Source of the DNA: a virus
Taxonomy: Duplodnaviria > Heunggongvirae > Uroviricota > Caudoviricetes
Reading direction: 5' to 3' (one strand)
Length of the DNA: 16,274 nucleotides
Virus record (IMG/VR): IMGVR_UViG_2681813314_000019
The notes beneath the pieces were generated by a model. That model saw only the letters and a program-made list of their open reading frames with translations, was not told the origin of the DNA and did no database searches. Numbering within the stretch: position 1 is the first letter of the stretch; each line of letters starts with the position of its first letter. Position numbers and translations under genes: made by a program. Shown here piece after piece: positions 1-12,188 of the stretch.

Positions 1-54
1 TTCTGACAGCTTCGGCTTTGAACTCTTTAGAGTAACGTTGGGTTTTTCTGCTCA
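1..54 (-). CDS. IS3-family transposase OrfA, N-terminal fragment (5' partial in window)
   Basis: Minus-strand translation from the ATG at 54 gives MSRKTQRYSKEFKAEAVR..., the N-terminus I recall for IS600 OrfA (helix-turn-helix protein). A GGAG-like RBS (AAGGAGC) lies upstream at ~61-67. Confidence 0.7.
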
Positions 55-119
55 TTATTAGCTCCTTCTGATGCCATTCTATTTCAGGAAGGAGTGTCCG
101 TTAAACTCAGGCTACCTCA
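1..119 (-). mobile_element. IS600-like (IS3 family) insertion sequence, terminal ~119 bp only; the element continues beyond the left edge of the window
   Basis: The reverse complement of 61-119 reads TGAGGTAGCCTGAGTTTAACGGACACTCC..., which I recognise as an IS600 terminal inverted repeat (IS3-family TG... end). It is followed by an RBS and an ATG at 54-52 opening an ORF that runs leftward out of the window. Confidence 0.75.
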
Positions 120-121
120 TT

Positions 122-208
122 GCACTTGTTGAGCAGATTCCAGAAATCAGAGATTCATTCGACAAGGTTGCAAAGCGCGTTCCGGCATTCAAAGGCATCC
201 TCAACTAA
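122..208 (+). pseudogene. C-terminal fragment of an unidentified (probably prophage) ORF, apparently cut off by the IS600 insertion
   Basis: The frame starting at 122 is open from the IS boundary (...ALVEQIPEIRDSFDKVAKRVPAFKGILN*) with a TAA stop at 206-208 and no start codon inside the window. It sits upstream of xis, where lambdoid phages carry accessory ORFs. Confidence 0.3.
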
Positions 209-412
209 TGGGATTCCCTCGTCGCTCTGTTGAAGTCTGAAATGAAGATACACGGAAACAAAGCACCAGAGACTTACAGAAGAATTAGCGAGCTACGCAA
301 GGACTAACCACAGCCTCACACTCAATGAGGCCTGTTCATTTCTCAAGATATCCAGACCTACCATTGCCGCATCAATGCGGCTTTTCTTGCGTGTAATTGC
401 GGAGACTTTGCG

Positions 413-608
413 ATGTACTTGACACTTCAGGAGTGGAATGCACGCCAGCGACGCCCAAGAAGCCTTGAAACAGTTCGTCGATGGGTGCGCGAATGCAGGA
501 TATTCCCTCCTCCGGTTAAGGATGGAAGAGAGTATCTGTTCCACGAATCAGCGGTAAAGGTTGACTTAAATCGACCAGTAACAAGTAGCCTTTTGAAGAG
601 GATCAGAA

Positions 609-631
<23 letters not shown>
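413..631 (+). CDS. xis: Lambda-type excisionase Xis (72 aa)
   Basis: The 72-aa product MYLTLQEWNARQRRPRSLETVRRWVRECRIFPPPVKDGREYLFHESAVKVDLNRPVT..LLKRIRNGKKAKS matches my recollection of phage lambda Xis almost residue for residue. It overlaps the start of int by 23 bp, as in lambda. Confidence 0.9.
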
Positions 632-3985
<3,354 letters not shown>

Positions 3986-4133
3986 TGCCACATTCCTTGT
4001 GTATAGCCAGCCATTTTTTACGGGCACAGCCAAACTTTACCGTGCCCTAATACGACAAAAGCCCAGACTTTGCAGCCTGGACTTTTCAATTCAAACAAGG
4101 GAGATAGCTCCCTTTTGGCATGAAGAAGTAAAA

Positions 4134-6761
4134 TTATTCTTCTTCTGGCTCGTCGTCAACGTCCACTTCCGGAGCGATTTCATCGTCCCCTTCCGCGGCA
4201 CTGCCATCGATGGTATCCAGATCTTCCTCGTCAACCGGTTCAGCAACACGTTGCAGACCCACTACGTTTTCATCTTCCGCAGTACGGATGAGGATCACGC
4301 CCTGGGTGTTACGGCCTACGATGCTGATTTCCGAAACGCGAGTACGTACCAGCGTACCGGCATCGGTGATCATCATGATCTGGTCGCAGTCATCTACCTG
4401 TACCGCGCTAACCACTAAACCATTACGTTCAGTAACCTTAATGGAGATAACCCCTTTCGTCGCACGCGACTTGGTTGGGTATTCCGCCACTGCGGTACGT
4501 TTACCGTAACCGTTTTGCGTTGCGGTGAGGATTGCGCCATCGCCACGAGGCACGATCAGAGAGACGACTTTATCGCCTTCACCTAAGCGAATACCGCGAA
4601 CACCGGTGGTGTTGCAGCCCATCGCACGGACAGAAGACTCTTTAAAGCGCACCACTTTACCTTCAGCGGAGAACAGCATTACTTCGTCTTCGCCGCTGGT
4701 CAGGTCAACGCCGATCAGCTCATCGCCGTCAACCAGTTTGATCGCCACTTTACCGGCGGTACGCAGACGGTTGAACTCGGTGAGGACAGTTTTCTTCACG
4801 GTACCGTTAGCGGTCGCCATGAAGACTTTCACGCCTTCTTCAAACTCGGTCACTGGCAGGATCGCAGTGATACGTTCGTCCTGCTCCAGCGGCAGCAGGT
4901 TGACGATCGGACGACCGCGCGCGCCACGAGTGGCTTCCGGCAACTGATAAACTTTCATCGAATAGACGCGACCACGGCTGGAGAAGCACAGAATATGGTC
5001 GTGAGTGTTCGCCACCAGCAGTCGGTCGATAAAGTCTTCTTCTTTAATACGTGCGGCAGATTTACCTTTCCCGCCACGACGCTGCGCTTCGTATTCAGAA
5101 AGCGGCTGATACTTAACGTAGCCCTGGTGAGAGAGCGTCACTACCACATCTTCCTGAGTGATCAGATCTTCCAGGTTGATGTCTGCGCTGTTGGCGGTGA
5201 TTTCAGTACGACGTTTGTCACCGAACTGTTCACGAACCAGCTCCAGCTCTTCACGGATCACTTCCATCAAACGATCGGCGCTACCAAGAATACGCAACAG
5301 TTCCGCGATCTGATCCAGCAGCTCTTTGTATTCGTCGAGCAGTTTTTCGTGCTCAAGGCCGGTCAGTTTCTGCAAACGCAGATCCAGAATCGCCTGAGCT
5401 TGCTGTTCGGTCAGGTAGTACAGACCATCACGCACGCCGAACTCTGGCTCCAGCCATTCCGGACGCGCAGCGTCGTCGCCAGCACGTTCGAGCATCGCGG
5501 CAACGTTGCCCAGCTGCCACGGATTAGCAACCAGCGCAGTTTTCGCTTCTGCAGGCGTCGGCGCATGACGGATCAGTTCGATGATCGGGTCGATGTTCGC
5601 CAGCGCCACGGCTAATGCTTCAAGGATATGAGCACGATCGCGAGCTTTACGCAGTTCGAAAATAGTACGACGGGTCACCACTTCACGGCGGTGACGAACA
5701 AACGCCGCGATGATGTCTTTCAGGTTCATGATCTTCGGCTGACCATGGTGCAATGCCACCATGTTGATACCGAAAGAAACCTGCAACTGGGTCTGGGAGT
5801 AGAGGTTGTTGAGCACAACTTCACCGACCGCATCGCGTTTCACTTCAATCACGATGCGCATACCGTCTTTGTCAGACTCGTCACGCAGCGCGCTGATGCC
5901 TTCCACGCGTTTTTCTTTTACCAGTTCCGCAATCTTCTCGATCAGGCGCGCTTTGTTTACCTGATACGGAATTTCGTGGACGATAATGGTTTCACGACCG
6001 GTTTTGGCGTCAACTTCCACTTCTGCGCGAGCGCGGATATACACCTTGCCGCGACCGGTACGGTAAGCTTCTTCAATACCGCGACGACCGTTAATGATTG
6101 CCGCCGTCGGGAAGTCCGGCCCCGGGATGTGTTCCATCAGCCCTTCAATGCTGATGTCTTCATCATCGATATACGCCAGACAACCGTTGATGACTTCCGT
6201 CAGGTTGTGCGGCGGGATGTTGGTTGCCATACCTACGGCGATACCGGAAGAACCGTTCACCAGCAGGTTAGGAATTTTGGTTGGCATGACGTCGGGAATT
6301 TTTTCCGTGCCGTCATAGTTATCAACGAAATCGACCGTCTCTTTTTCGAGATCGGCCATCAGTTCATGGGCAATTTTCGCCAGACGGATTTCCGTATAAC
6401 GCATTGCCGCCGCAGAGTCGCCGTCGATGGAACCGAAGTTACCCTGACCGTCTACCAGCATGTAACGCAGCGAGAATGGCTGCGCCATACGGACGATCGT
6501 GTCATAAACCGCCGCGTCACCATGGGGATGGTATTTACCGATTACGTCACCAACGACACGGGCAGATTTTTTATAGGCTTTGTTCCAGTCATTGCCTAGT
6601 ACGTTCATGGCGTAAAGTACGCGACGGTGTACCGGCTTCAGGCCATCTCGGACATCTGGCAGCGCACGGCCAACAATGACCGACATCGCATAATCCAGAT
6701 AGGAGCTCTTCAGCTCTTCCTCAATGTTGACCGGTGTAATTTCTCTCGCAAGGTCGCTCAT
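4134..6761 (-). CDS. gyrA: DNA gyrase subunit A (875 aa)
   Basis: The full-length product begins [53 protein letters not shown]..., contains the active-site Tyr122 region and ends with the acidic tail ...DDEPEEE. It is essentially identical to E. coli GyrA as I recall it, but codon 83 here is GCG (Ala). Confidence 0.98.
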   Translation of the reverse strand: MSDLAREITPVNIEEELKSSYLDYAMSVIVGRALPDVRDGLKPVHRRVLYAMNVLGNDWNKAYKKSARVVGDVIGKYHPHGDAAVYDTIVRMAQPFSLRYMLVDGQGNFGSIDGDSAAAMRYTEIRLAKIAHELMADLEKETVDFVDNYDGTEKIPDVMPTKIPNLLVNGSSGIAVGMATNIPPHNLTEVINGCLAYIDDEDISIEGLMEHIPGPDFPTAAIINGRRGIEEAYRTGRGKVYIRARAEVEVDAKTGRETIIVHEIPYQVNKARLIEKIAELVKEKRVEGISALRDESDKDGMRIVIEVKRDAVGEVVLNNLYSQTQLQVSFGINMVALHHGQPKIMNLKDIIAAFVRHRREVVTRRTIFELRKARDRAHILEALAVALANIDPIIELIRHAPTPAEAKTALVANPWQLGNVAAMLERAGDDAARPEWLEPEFGVRDGLYYLTEQQAQAILDLRLQKLTGLEHEKLLDEYKELLDQIAELLRILGSADRLMEVIREELELVREQFGDKRRTEITANSADINLEDLITQEDVVVTLSHQGYVKYQPLSEYEAQRRGGKGKSAARIKEEDFIDRLLVANTHDHILCFSSRGRVYSMKVYQLPEATRGARGRPIVNLLPLEQDERITAILPVTEFEEGVKVFMATANGTVKKTVLTEFNRLRTAGKVAIKLVDGDELIGVDLTSGEDEVMLFSAEGKVVRFKESSVRAMGCNTTGVRGIRLGEGDKVVSLIVPRGDGAILTATQNGYGKRTAVAEYPTKSRATKGVISIKVTERNGLVVSAVQVDDCDQIMMITDAGTLVRTRVSEISIVGRNTQGVILIRTAEDENVVGLQRVAEPVDEEDLDTIDGSAAEGDDEIAPEVDVDDEPEEE

Positions 6762-6799
6762 CTAACCGCTATCCCTCTACTGTATCCCGGATTCAAAGG

Positions 6800-6840
6800 T
6801 CGCAAATTATAACACAGCCGCGCAGTTTGAGGTAAACCTA
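6800..6840 (-). promoter_or_regulatory. Probable gyrA promoter (-10 TATAAT on the minus strand at 6811-6806)
   Basis: A perfect TATAAT hexamer lies on the minus strand ~45 bp upstream of the gyrA ATG, with a weak -35-like TTACCT ~17 bp further upstream. It is in the divergent gyrA/ubiG intergenic region. Confidence 0.4.
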
Positions 6841-6907
6841 TACGCTTTATTCACATCCAATGCCTGATATACTCGTTTGTCTTGCCAATTACGGAGTAGA
6901 AGTGCCA

Positions 6908-7630
6908 ATGAATGCCGAAAAATCGCCGGAAAACCATAACGTAGACCACGAAGAGATCGCTAAATTTGAAGCCGTCGCCTCCCGCTGGTGGGATCTTGAA
7001 GGTGAGTTCAAACCGTTGCACCGCATTAACCCGCTGCGTCTGGGCTATATTGCCGAGCGTGCTGGCGGTTTATTTGGCAAAAAGGTGCTCGATGTCGGTT
7101 GTGGCGGCGGCATTCTGGCCGAGAGTATGGCGCGCGAAGGCGCGACGGTGACCGGTCTGGATATGGGCTTTGAGCCATTGCAGGTGGCAAAACTGCACGC
7201 GCTGGAAAGCGGCATTCAGGTGGATTATGTGCAGGAAACCGTGGAAGAGCACGCGGCAAAACATGCCAGGCAGTATGATGTGGTGACCTGCATGGAGATG
7301 CTGGAGCACGTCCCCGATCCGCAGTCAGTGGTCAGAGCCTGTGCGCAACTGGTGAAACCAGGCGGCGATGTCTTTTTCTCGACGCTTAACCGCAACGGCA
7401 AGTCATGGCTGATGGCGGTGGTTGGCGCGGAATATATTTTGCGCATGGTGCCCAAAGGCACGCATGATGTGAAGAAGTTTATTAAACCGGCAGAACTGCT
7501 TGGCTGGGTAGATCAGACAAGCCTTAAAGAGCGACATATAACCGGGCTACATTACAACCCGCTCACTAATACTTTTAAACTCGGCCCCGGCGTGGATGTG
7601 AACTATATGCTGCACACGCAGAATAAGTGA
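6908..7630 (+). CDS. ubiG: Ubiquinone biosynthesis O-methyltransferase UbiG (240 aa; the longest ORF starts at 6860 but the internal ATG matches the known N-terminus)
   Basis: From the ATG at 6908 the product reads [47 protein letters not shown]... and carries the SAM-binding motif [13 protein letters not shown]. It is divergent from gyrA, as in E. coli. Confidence 0.93.
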   Translation: MNAEKSPENHNVDHEEIAKFEAVASRWWDLEGEFKPLHRINPLRLGYIAERAGGLFGKKVLDVGCGGGILAESMAREGATVTGLDMGFEPLQVAKLHALESGIQVDYVQETVEEHAAKHARQYDVVTCMEMLEHVPDPQSVVRACAQLVKPGGDVFFSTLNRNGKSWLMAVVGAEYILRMVPKGTHDVKKFIKPAELLGWVDQTSLKERHITGLHYNPLTNTFKLGPGVDVNYMLHTQNK

Positions 7631-7649
7631 GGTTGTTGTTTGGCCGAGC

Positions 7650-7740
<91 letters not shown>

Positions 7741-7758
7741 GTGCCGACTAGACAGTGA

Positions 7759-10700
7759 TTACCATTTCACCGTCATCGACAAAAACCCTGCCGTCTGGGC
7801 AAAATCATCACTCCCTTTCTGCCACGCCACGCTGCCGCGCAGGGACACTCGCTGACTGATATTGCCCGTGACTCCCACTTTTATTTCACCCCGTCGCTTC
7901 ACCGCATCGTCACTGATAGTGCTGCCATCTTCTTCAATTTCCGTCGCATGGGGATCGTGATAATAATTCAGATCTAATGTTGGTGTGACACCAACCGCGG
8001 TACGCCATTCGCTGTGTAAACCCAGCCGCGTCTGAATATCATCCCCCTGCGATTGTGACACGCGCGCATGGTTAGCGGCGGTAAAATCATCCTGCTGCAC
8101 GCCCTGATAAATCACCTGCGCCTGCGGTTCAATCACCACACCACGCCCCGGTAACCACTGATACCCGGCTTCCAGCGAGGCGATAATCCCCGACGAGTGG
8201 TAATGATCTGTGCCATCGTCTTGTTCGGAAACATCATTGTTAAACCACGCGTATTGCAGCCAGCTATCCAGCCAGGCCCCCTGCTTCTGATTACCGTGCT
8301 GATACCAGCTTGAGGTCAGCCCAACGGCATAACCGTGGTTCTGGTTATCGGCGCGAGTTCCGGTCATATTCGAGCGGCTCTCGCCCTGATTATCACTGTA
8401 GCCACCAACCGCCCCAAGCATCCACTCGCCATCATCGCCCCAGCGCCCGCTAAACAGGTCACCGCTAAGCTGCACCGTAGAAGTGTCTTCATGCTGAGCC
8501 AGTTGCCCTGCCGCCGTGTAATGATAACGTCCGCCGATAACACGTAAATTCAGCGTCTGACCATTGCCACCTGCATGATCGCGTCGCTCCATCATAAACG
8601 CCTGATTTGCCGCCCGCAGATTATTGAGATAACCGCCAACTTTGGCATTCAGCACCGGCTGGTAAGCGGGGATTGGATCGGGTGTTGGGTCAGGATCGGG
8701 TGTTGGGTCAGGGTCTGGATCAGGTGGCAATGGTGGCGTTACTTCTTGCGATCGCAGATACCAGTCGTTGTTATCTTCCACCAGCGTGTAGTCATATGCT
8801 CCCATATTGACGTAGCCGCTGCCTGCCAGACTGAACTTCGCATTGTTTTGAAACTGCGTGGGATCGGCTGCGAAATCAACCACTTTAATGCCTGTCGATG
8901 TCGGCTCACCAATCCCTGTAATGGAGTTAACCACCACAGTTGTGTTGCCAGCAGTATTACCGTTCAACACCAATTGATCGCTTACCGAGTCATCGCCGTT
9001 TAATTCGCTATCGAGCAGTAGCGTACCGCCGCCGGTATAATCACCGTTTACCGTCAGCGTATCGCCAGCGACGCCATTTTGCAGGCTAACCGCACCGGAC
9101 GTATTGGTCAGATTGCCATTAACCGTCACGTCGGAAAGATAGGTCAGGCTGTCAGTTTCAAGGTTGGTATTAAGCTCACCTGTCAACGTCACGCCATCGG
9201 TGGCATTCACCAGCGTCCCATCGCCGTTAAACAGTGAGGCATTAAGGGCGACAGAAGTATCCTGCCCGGTCAGGCGCAAAACCGTACCATCGCTGATGTC
9301 GATAGTGCCGCTGGAAGTAGCATCAATAGATTGAATATCCTGATCCGCGCCAGTAACGAACGTCGCCCCATCACCGACCCACAGTGACGAAGCATAAGGA
9401 AGGATATCCGCGACATCGCCTTTCAGGGTGCCTTCTTCGACACGTACCGCCGACTGCGTTGTACCGCTGGCGGTCAGCTCCAGCGTACCCGCCCCCGTTT
9501 TAGTCAATGTGCTACCCTCATCCTGATGCTGCCCGCTGCTGTCAGCCATCAGTGCGCCCCACTGCGTGTCTACCCCCGCATCAACTGCCACTTCACCGTC
9601 GGCGCGCATTTCAATATCACGCCCATGCTCAGTCGTCGTAGAGCGAGTATCGACATTGGCAGTAATCTCCATCACGCTTTCTTGTTGCTTATCGGTAAAG
9701 ATAACCTGGCGGTTATAGTGGGTATCTCCAAGCTGTGAGTTGTCGCTCACCTCCAGCATACCGGAGGCGATTTGTGTTGTGCCCAAATAACTATTATTGT
9801 TTGCCAGACTTACCTGCCCGTCGCCCGCATCGACCACCACGTAGACGCCATCTTTCCCGTCACCGCCGATATGCATATCGTTTCCACCTGCAAGATCTAC
9901 CACATCCTGACTGCCGATAACCGTTCCGCTGCTGCCGCTGACTTCAAGGCCATCGTTGTATGATGTGCCACTCTGCCAGGTGGAGAAATCAGAGAGATCG
10001 AGCACACCGCCGTTTAACACGATCGACTGCGGATCGTCCTGGAGAGCGGTAAGATCTGCCGCGTCGCCTTCCAGCGAAAGCACCGCACCATCATCAACGA
10101 CTATATCGCCGGTTAGCGCCATCGACTGCGCCCCCGACAGCACGTAGCTGCCGTTTTGCGCAATGGTGAGCTGACCAGCACCTTCGATGGTGCCAGCAAA
10201 ACTGCCTTGATTAACAGTAACATTGCCACCAGCATCGATATTTAAAGTGCCATTCTGAAAGCCCGTCAATGAGTGCACAAAGGTTTGTTGGGTGGAGCCA
10301 ACGTTTAGCTCTGCCTGATTCTGGTACTTATCAATACTCCCTATCGTCAGACCGTAGCAGTCTTGCGGATCGTCCTGGCAATGCGTATCGCCGACATTCA
10401 TCAGGGAGTTGCTGCGACCCAGGGTAACTTCACCGTTTTCAATCTGCATCTCACCAGTAAAGTCATTGTTATCTGCATTAAGTACCAGATCGCCGGAACC
10501 TGTTTTGGTGATCAACCCGGTACCAGCAATAGAGTCAACAGCTCCGTCATTCTCTGTATTGCCAATAACCAGCGTTTTTCCGTCGGCAATATCAAAGGTA
10601 ACTTCACTTAAGCCGAGATACATAAAGCCACCCGCCGCAGTGGAAGGACCATCTCCATAGCCTGCTGCGCTGTTGTTCTCATCCACTAACACGCCGCCGT

Positions 10701-11499
10701 TCTGGCTGTAGCTGTCATCAACAGAAATATCAATAAGATAGGGAGCCGTCGCGCTATTGGTATATATCGCCCCGCCATAACCTTCGGCAGTGTTATTTGT
10801 AAAGGCGGTGTTATTTATTATCGTATAACCTGAAGGATGCTTGCTGTCGCTATTATTATCGGTAACATCGATTGCCCCGCCATCGCCATCACTGTAACTT
10901 GTTGATGTATATGCCTGGTTGTTATCAAAAATAACATCACTTAAATAAACGTCATTATTAATGGTATAAATTGCGCCACCTTTGCCATCATTAGCGATGT
11001 TATTGCGAAACATGGCGTTAGTGACACGTAAATCGACGACACCAGTATCATTAGTACCAGAAGAATAGATTGCGCCACCATAGCCGCCTGCGACGTTACC
11101 AGAAAAAATAACATCAGTAAGATTCAGCGTTGAGTTTTCTTTAGCAAATATGGCCCCGCCGTTATTATATTCTCCTGTAACGGTGTTATTGGCAAACAGA
11201 GTCATTCCAGTTTCATTTTCTGGTAATAGTGAAAATTCCGCTCCTTGTTGCAAAAATACGGCTCCTCCGCTGGCGTTATTGGTCATATCCGAAAAAACCA
11301 GCCATTGCCCATCGGCGACACTCCAGTCCTGCGTAATGCCTGAAAGGCTTTGCCTGCTGGCGTGACAACTCGCTTTGATATCATATCCCTGGCATAAATC
11401 AATGGCCGCCGCGAAACCGTTAGCAGAGAAAAGAGATGCAATCATTGACGGGAGTAGAGATAAATACTCCTTGCGTAGAAAGATAATCCGCATATTCAT
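7759..11499 (-). CDS. yfaL: Autotransporter (type Va secretion) adhesin YfaL, 1246 aa; the start could be the ATG two codons in (11493)
   Basis: The N-terminal signal peptide reads MNMRIIFLRKEYLSLLPSMIASLFSANGFAAA. The passenger domain is rich in GGAIY / N-x-A beta-helix repeats and is followed by a Pro/Asp/Thr linker (PPLPPDPDPDPTPDPDPTPDPIP). The C-terminal beta-barrel translocator ends ...FLSMTVKW with an aromatic terminus. It is syntenic with ubiG/nrdA, as is E. coli yfaL. Confidence 0.88.
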   Translation of the reverse strand: MNMRIIFLRKEYLSLLPSMIASLFSANGFAAAIDLCQGYDIKASCHASRQSLSGITQDWSVADGQWLVFSDMTNNASGGAVFLQQGAEFSLLPENETGMTLFANNTVTGEYNNGGAIFAKENSTLNLTDVIFSGNVAGGYGGAIYSSGTNDTGVVDLRVTNAMFRNNIANDGKGGAIYTINNDVYLSDVIFDNNQAYTSTSYSDGDGGAIDVTDNNSDSKHPSGYTIINNTAFTNNTAEGYGGAIYTNSATAPYLIDISVDDSYSQNGGVLVDENNSAAGYGDGPSTAAGGFMYLGLSEVTFDIADGKTLVIGNTENDGAVDSIAGTGLITKTGSGDLVLNADNNDFTGEMQIENGEVTLGRSNSLMNVGDTHCQDDPQDCYGLTIGSIDKYQNQAELNVGSTQQTFVHSLTGFQNGTLNIDAGGNVTVNQGSFAGTIEGAGQLTIAQNGSYVLSGAQSMALTGDIVVDDGAVLSLEGDAADLTALQDDPQSIVLNGGVLDLSDFSTWQSGTSYNDGLEVSGSSGTVIGSQDVVDLAGGNDMHIGGDGKDGVYVVVDAGDGQVSLANNNSYLGTTQIASGMLEVSDNSQLGDTHYNRQVIFTDKQQESVMEITANVDTRSTTTEHGRDIEMRADGEVAVDAGVDTQWGALMADSSGQHQDEGSTLTKTGAGTLELTASGTTQSAVRVEEGTLKGDVADILPYASSLWVGDGATFVTGADQDIQSIDATSSGTIDISDGTVLRLTGQDTSVALNASLFNGDGTLVNATDGVTLTGELNTNLETDSLTYLSDVTVNGNLTNTSGAVSLQNGVAGDTLTVNGDYTGGGTLLLDSELNGDDSVSDQLVLNGNTAGNTTVVVNSITGIGEPTSTGIKVVDFAADPTQFQNNAKFSLAGSGYVNMGAYDYTLVEDNNDWYLRSQEVTPPLPPDPDPDPTPDPDPTPDPIPAYQPVLNAKVGGYLNNLRAANQAFMMERRDHAGGNGQTLNLRVIGGRYHYTAAGQLAQHEDTSTVQLSGDLFSGRWGDDGEWMLGAVGGYSDNQGESRSNMTGTRADNQNHGYAVGLTSSWYQHGNQKQGAWLDSWLQYAWFNNDVSEQDDGTDHYHSSGIIASLEAGYQWLPGRGVVIEPQAQVIYQGVQQDDFTAANHARVSQSQGDDIQTRLGLHSEWRTAVGVTPTLDLNYYHDPHATEIEEDGSTISDDAVKRRGEIKVGVTGNISQRVSLRGSVAWQKGSDDFAQTAGFLSMTVKW
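8689..8724 (-). repeat. Tandem 18-bp (six-codon) repeat encoding the DPDPTP linker of YfaL
   Basis: GGGTGTTGGGTCAGGATC is directly followed by GGGTGTTGGGTCAGGGTC on the plus strand. On the minus strand this encodes the repeated P-D-P-T-P-D linker. Confidence 0.7.
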
Positions 11500-12019
11500 C
11501 TAACCATCATTTTATATAAGACGGCATATTTAAACGCATTATACAATATGGGTTATCTTTCTTTTGTAAATTGTCCAACCCGATGCAATGGCTATTTTGT
11601 TATTATTTGATGAATAGTATCAGTGCGTCATAATTCAAGTTAATAACCTTAAGGGATACCAGTTATATTTAAACTAAATTAAAGTAATGAATAATTTTCT
11701 TATAATATAAGGTAAATTAACAAAATGGCTTCGCATTTAACAATAACCGAATAGAAAACAACCATTTCGACATCAACAATCGCTTACATTCGCTTATATA
11801 TTGACCACAACTGATACATCAGATTATGTGATGACTCGTGCTTAGATCAATTTTTGCAATCATTAGCAAAAAGATTAATAAACCATCTATATCAATTTAT
11901 CCAACCTATTCTGCCGTTCAAGAAATCGCCGAACAGTTATTTTTAACAAATTTTTCTCTTCCCATTGACTTTCCCGGACACCTTGTCTGACCTAAGGTGC
12001 GCGAAAGCCACTTTTTCCT

Positions 12020-12115
12020 TCCTGAGTTATCCACAAAGTTATGCACTTGCAAGAGGGCCATTTTCACACTATCTTGCAGTGAATCCCAAACATACCCCCT
12101 ATATATAGTGTTCTA
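12020..12115 (+). promoter_or_regulatory. nrdAB promoter region with DnaA boxes and candidate NrdR boxes
   Basis: A perfect DnaA box TTATCCACA lies at 12027-12035 and a second 7/9 box TTATGCACT at 12038-12046. A candidate -35 TTGCAA (12047-12052) and -10 TATCTT (12070-12075) follow. The palindrome CCCCTATATATAGTGT (12095-12110) matches the NrdR-box consensus at 14 of 16 positions, and a weaker partner CACTATCTTGCAGTG lies at ~12067-12081. The layout agrees with the published nrdAB control region. Confidence 0.55.
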
Positions 12116-12188
12116 AGCAGCTTCCCGTACTACAGGTAGTCTGCATGAAACTATTGCGGAAAGAATTCCAAAAACAGGTACGACATAC

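Noticed and set aside
293-544. 83-aa minus-strand ORF overlapping the start of xis
   Set aside because: It overlaps the well-supported xis gene on the opposite strand. Its product has no recognisable features and no convincing RBS.
4995-6599. Two long plus-strand ORFs (206 aa and 323 aa)
   Set aside because: Both are antisense to gyrA and have implausible, compositionally biased products. They are shadow ORFs.
8335-10660. Several 60-140 aa plus-strand ORFs inside the yfaL region
   Set aside because: All overlap the 1246-aa autotransporter gene on the opposite strand, with no RBS or motif support.
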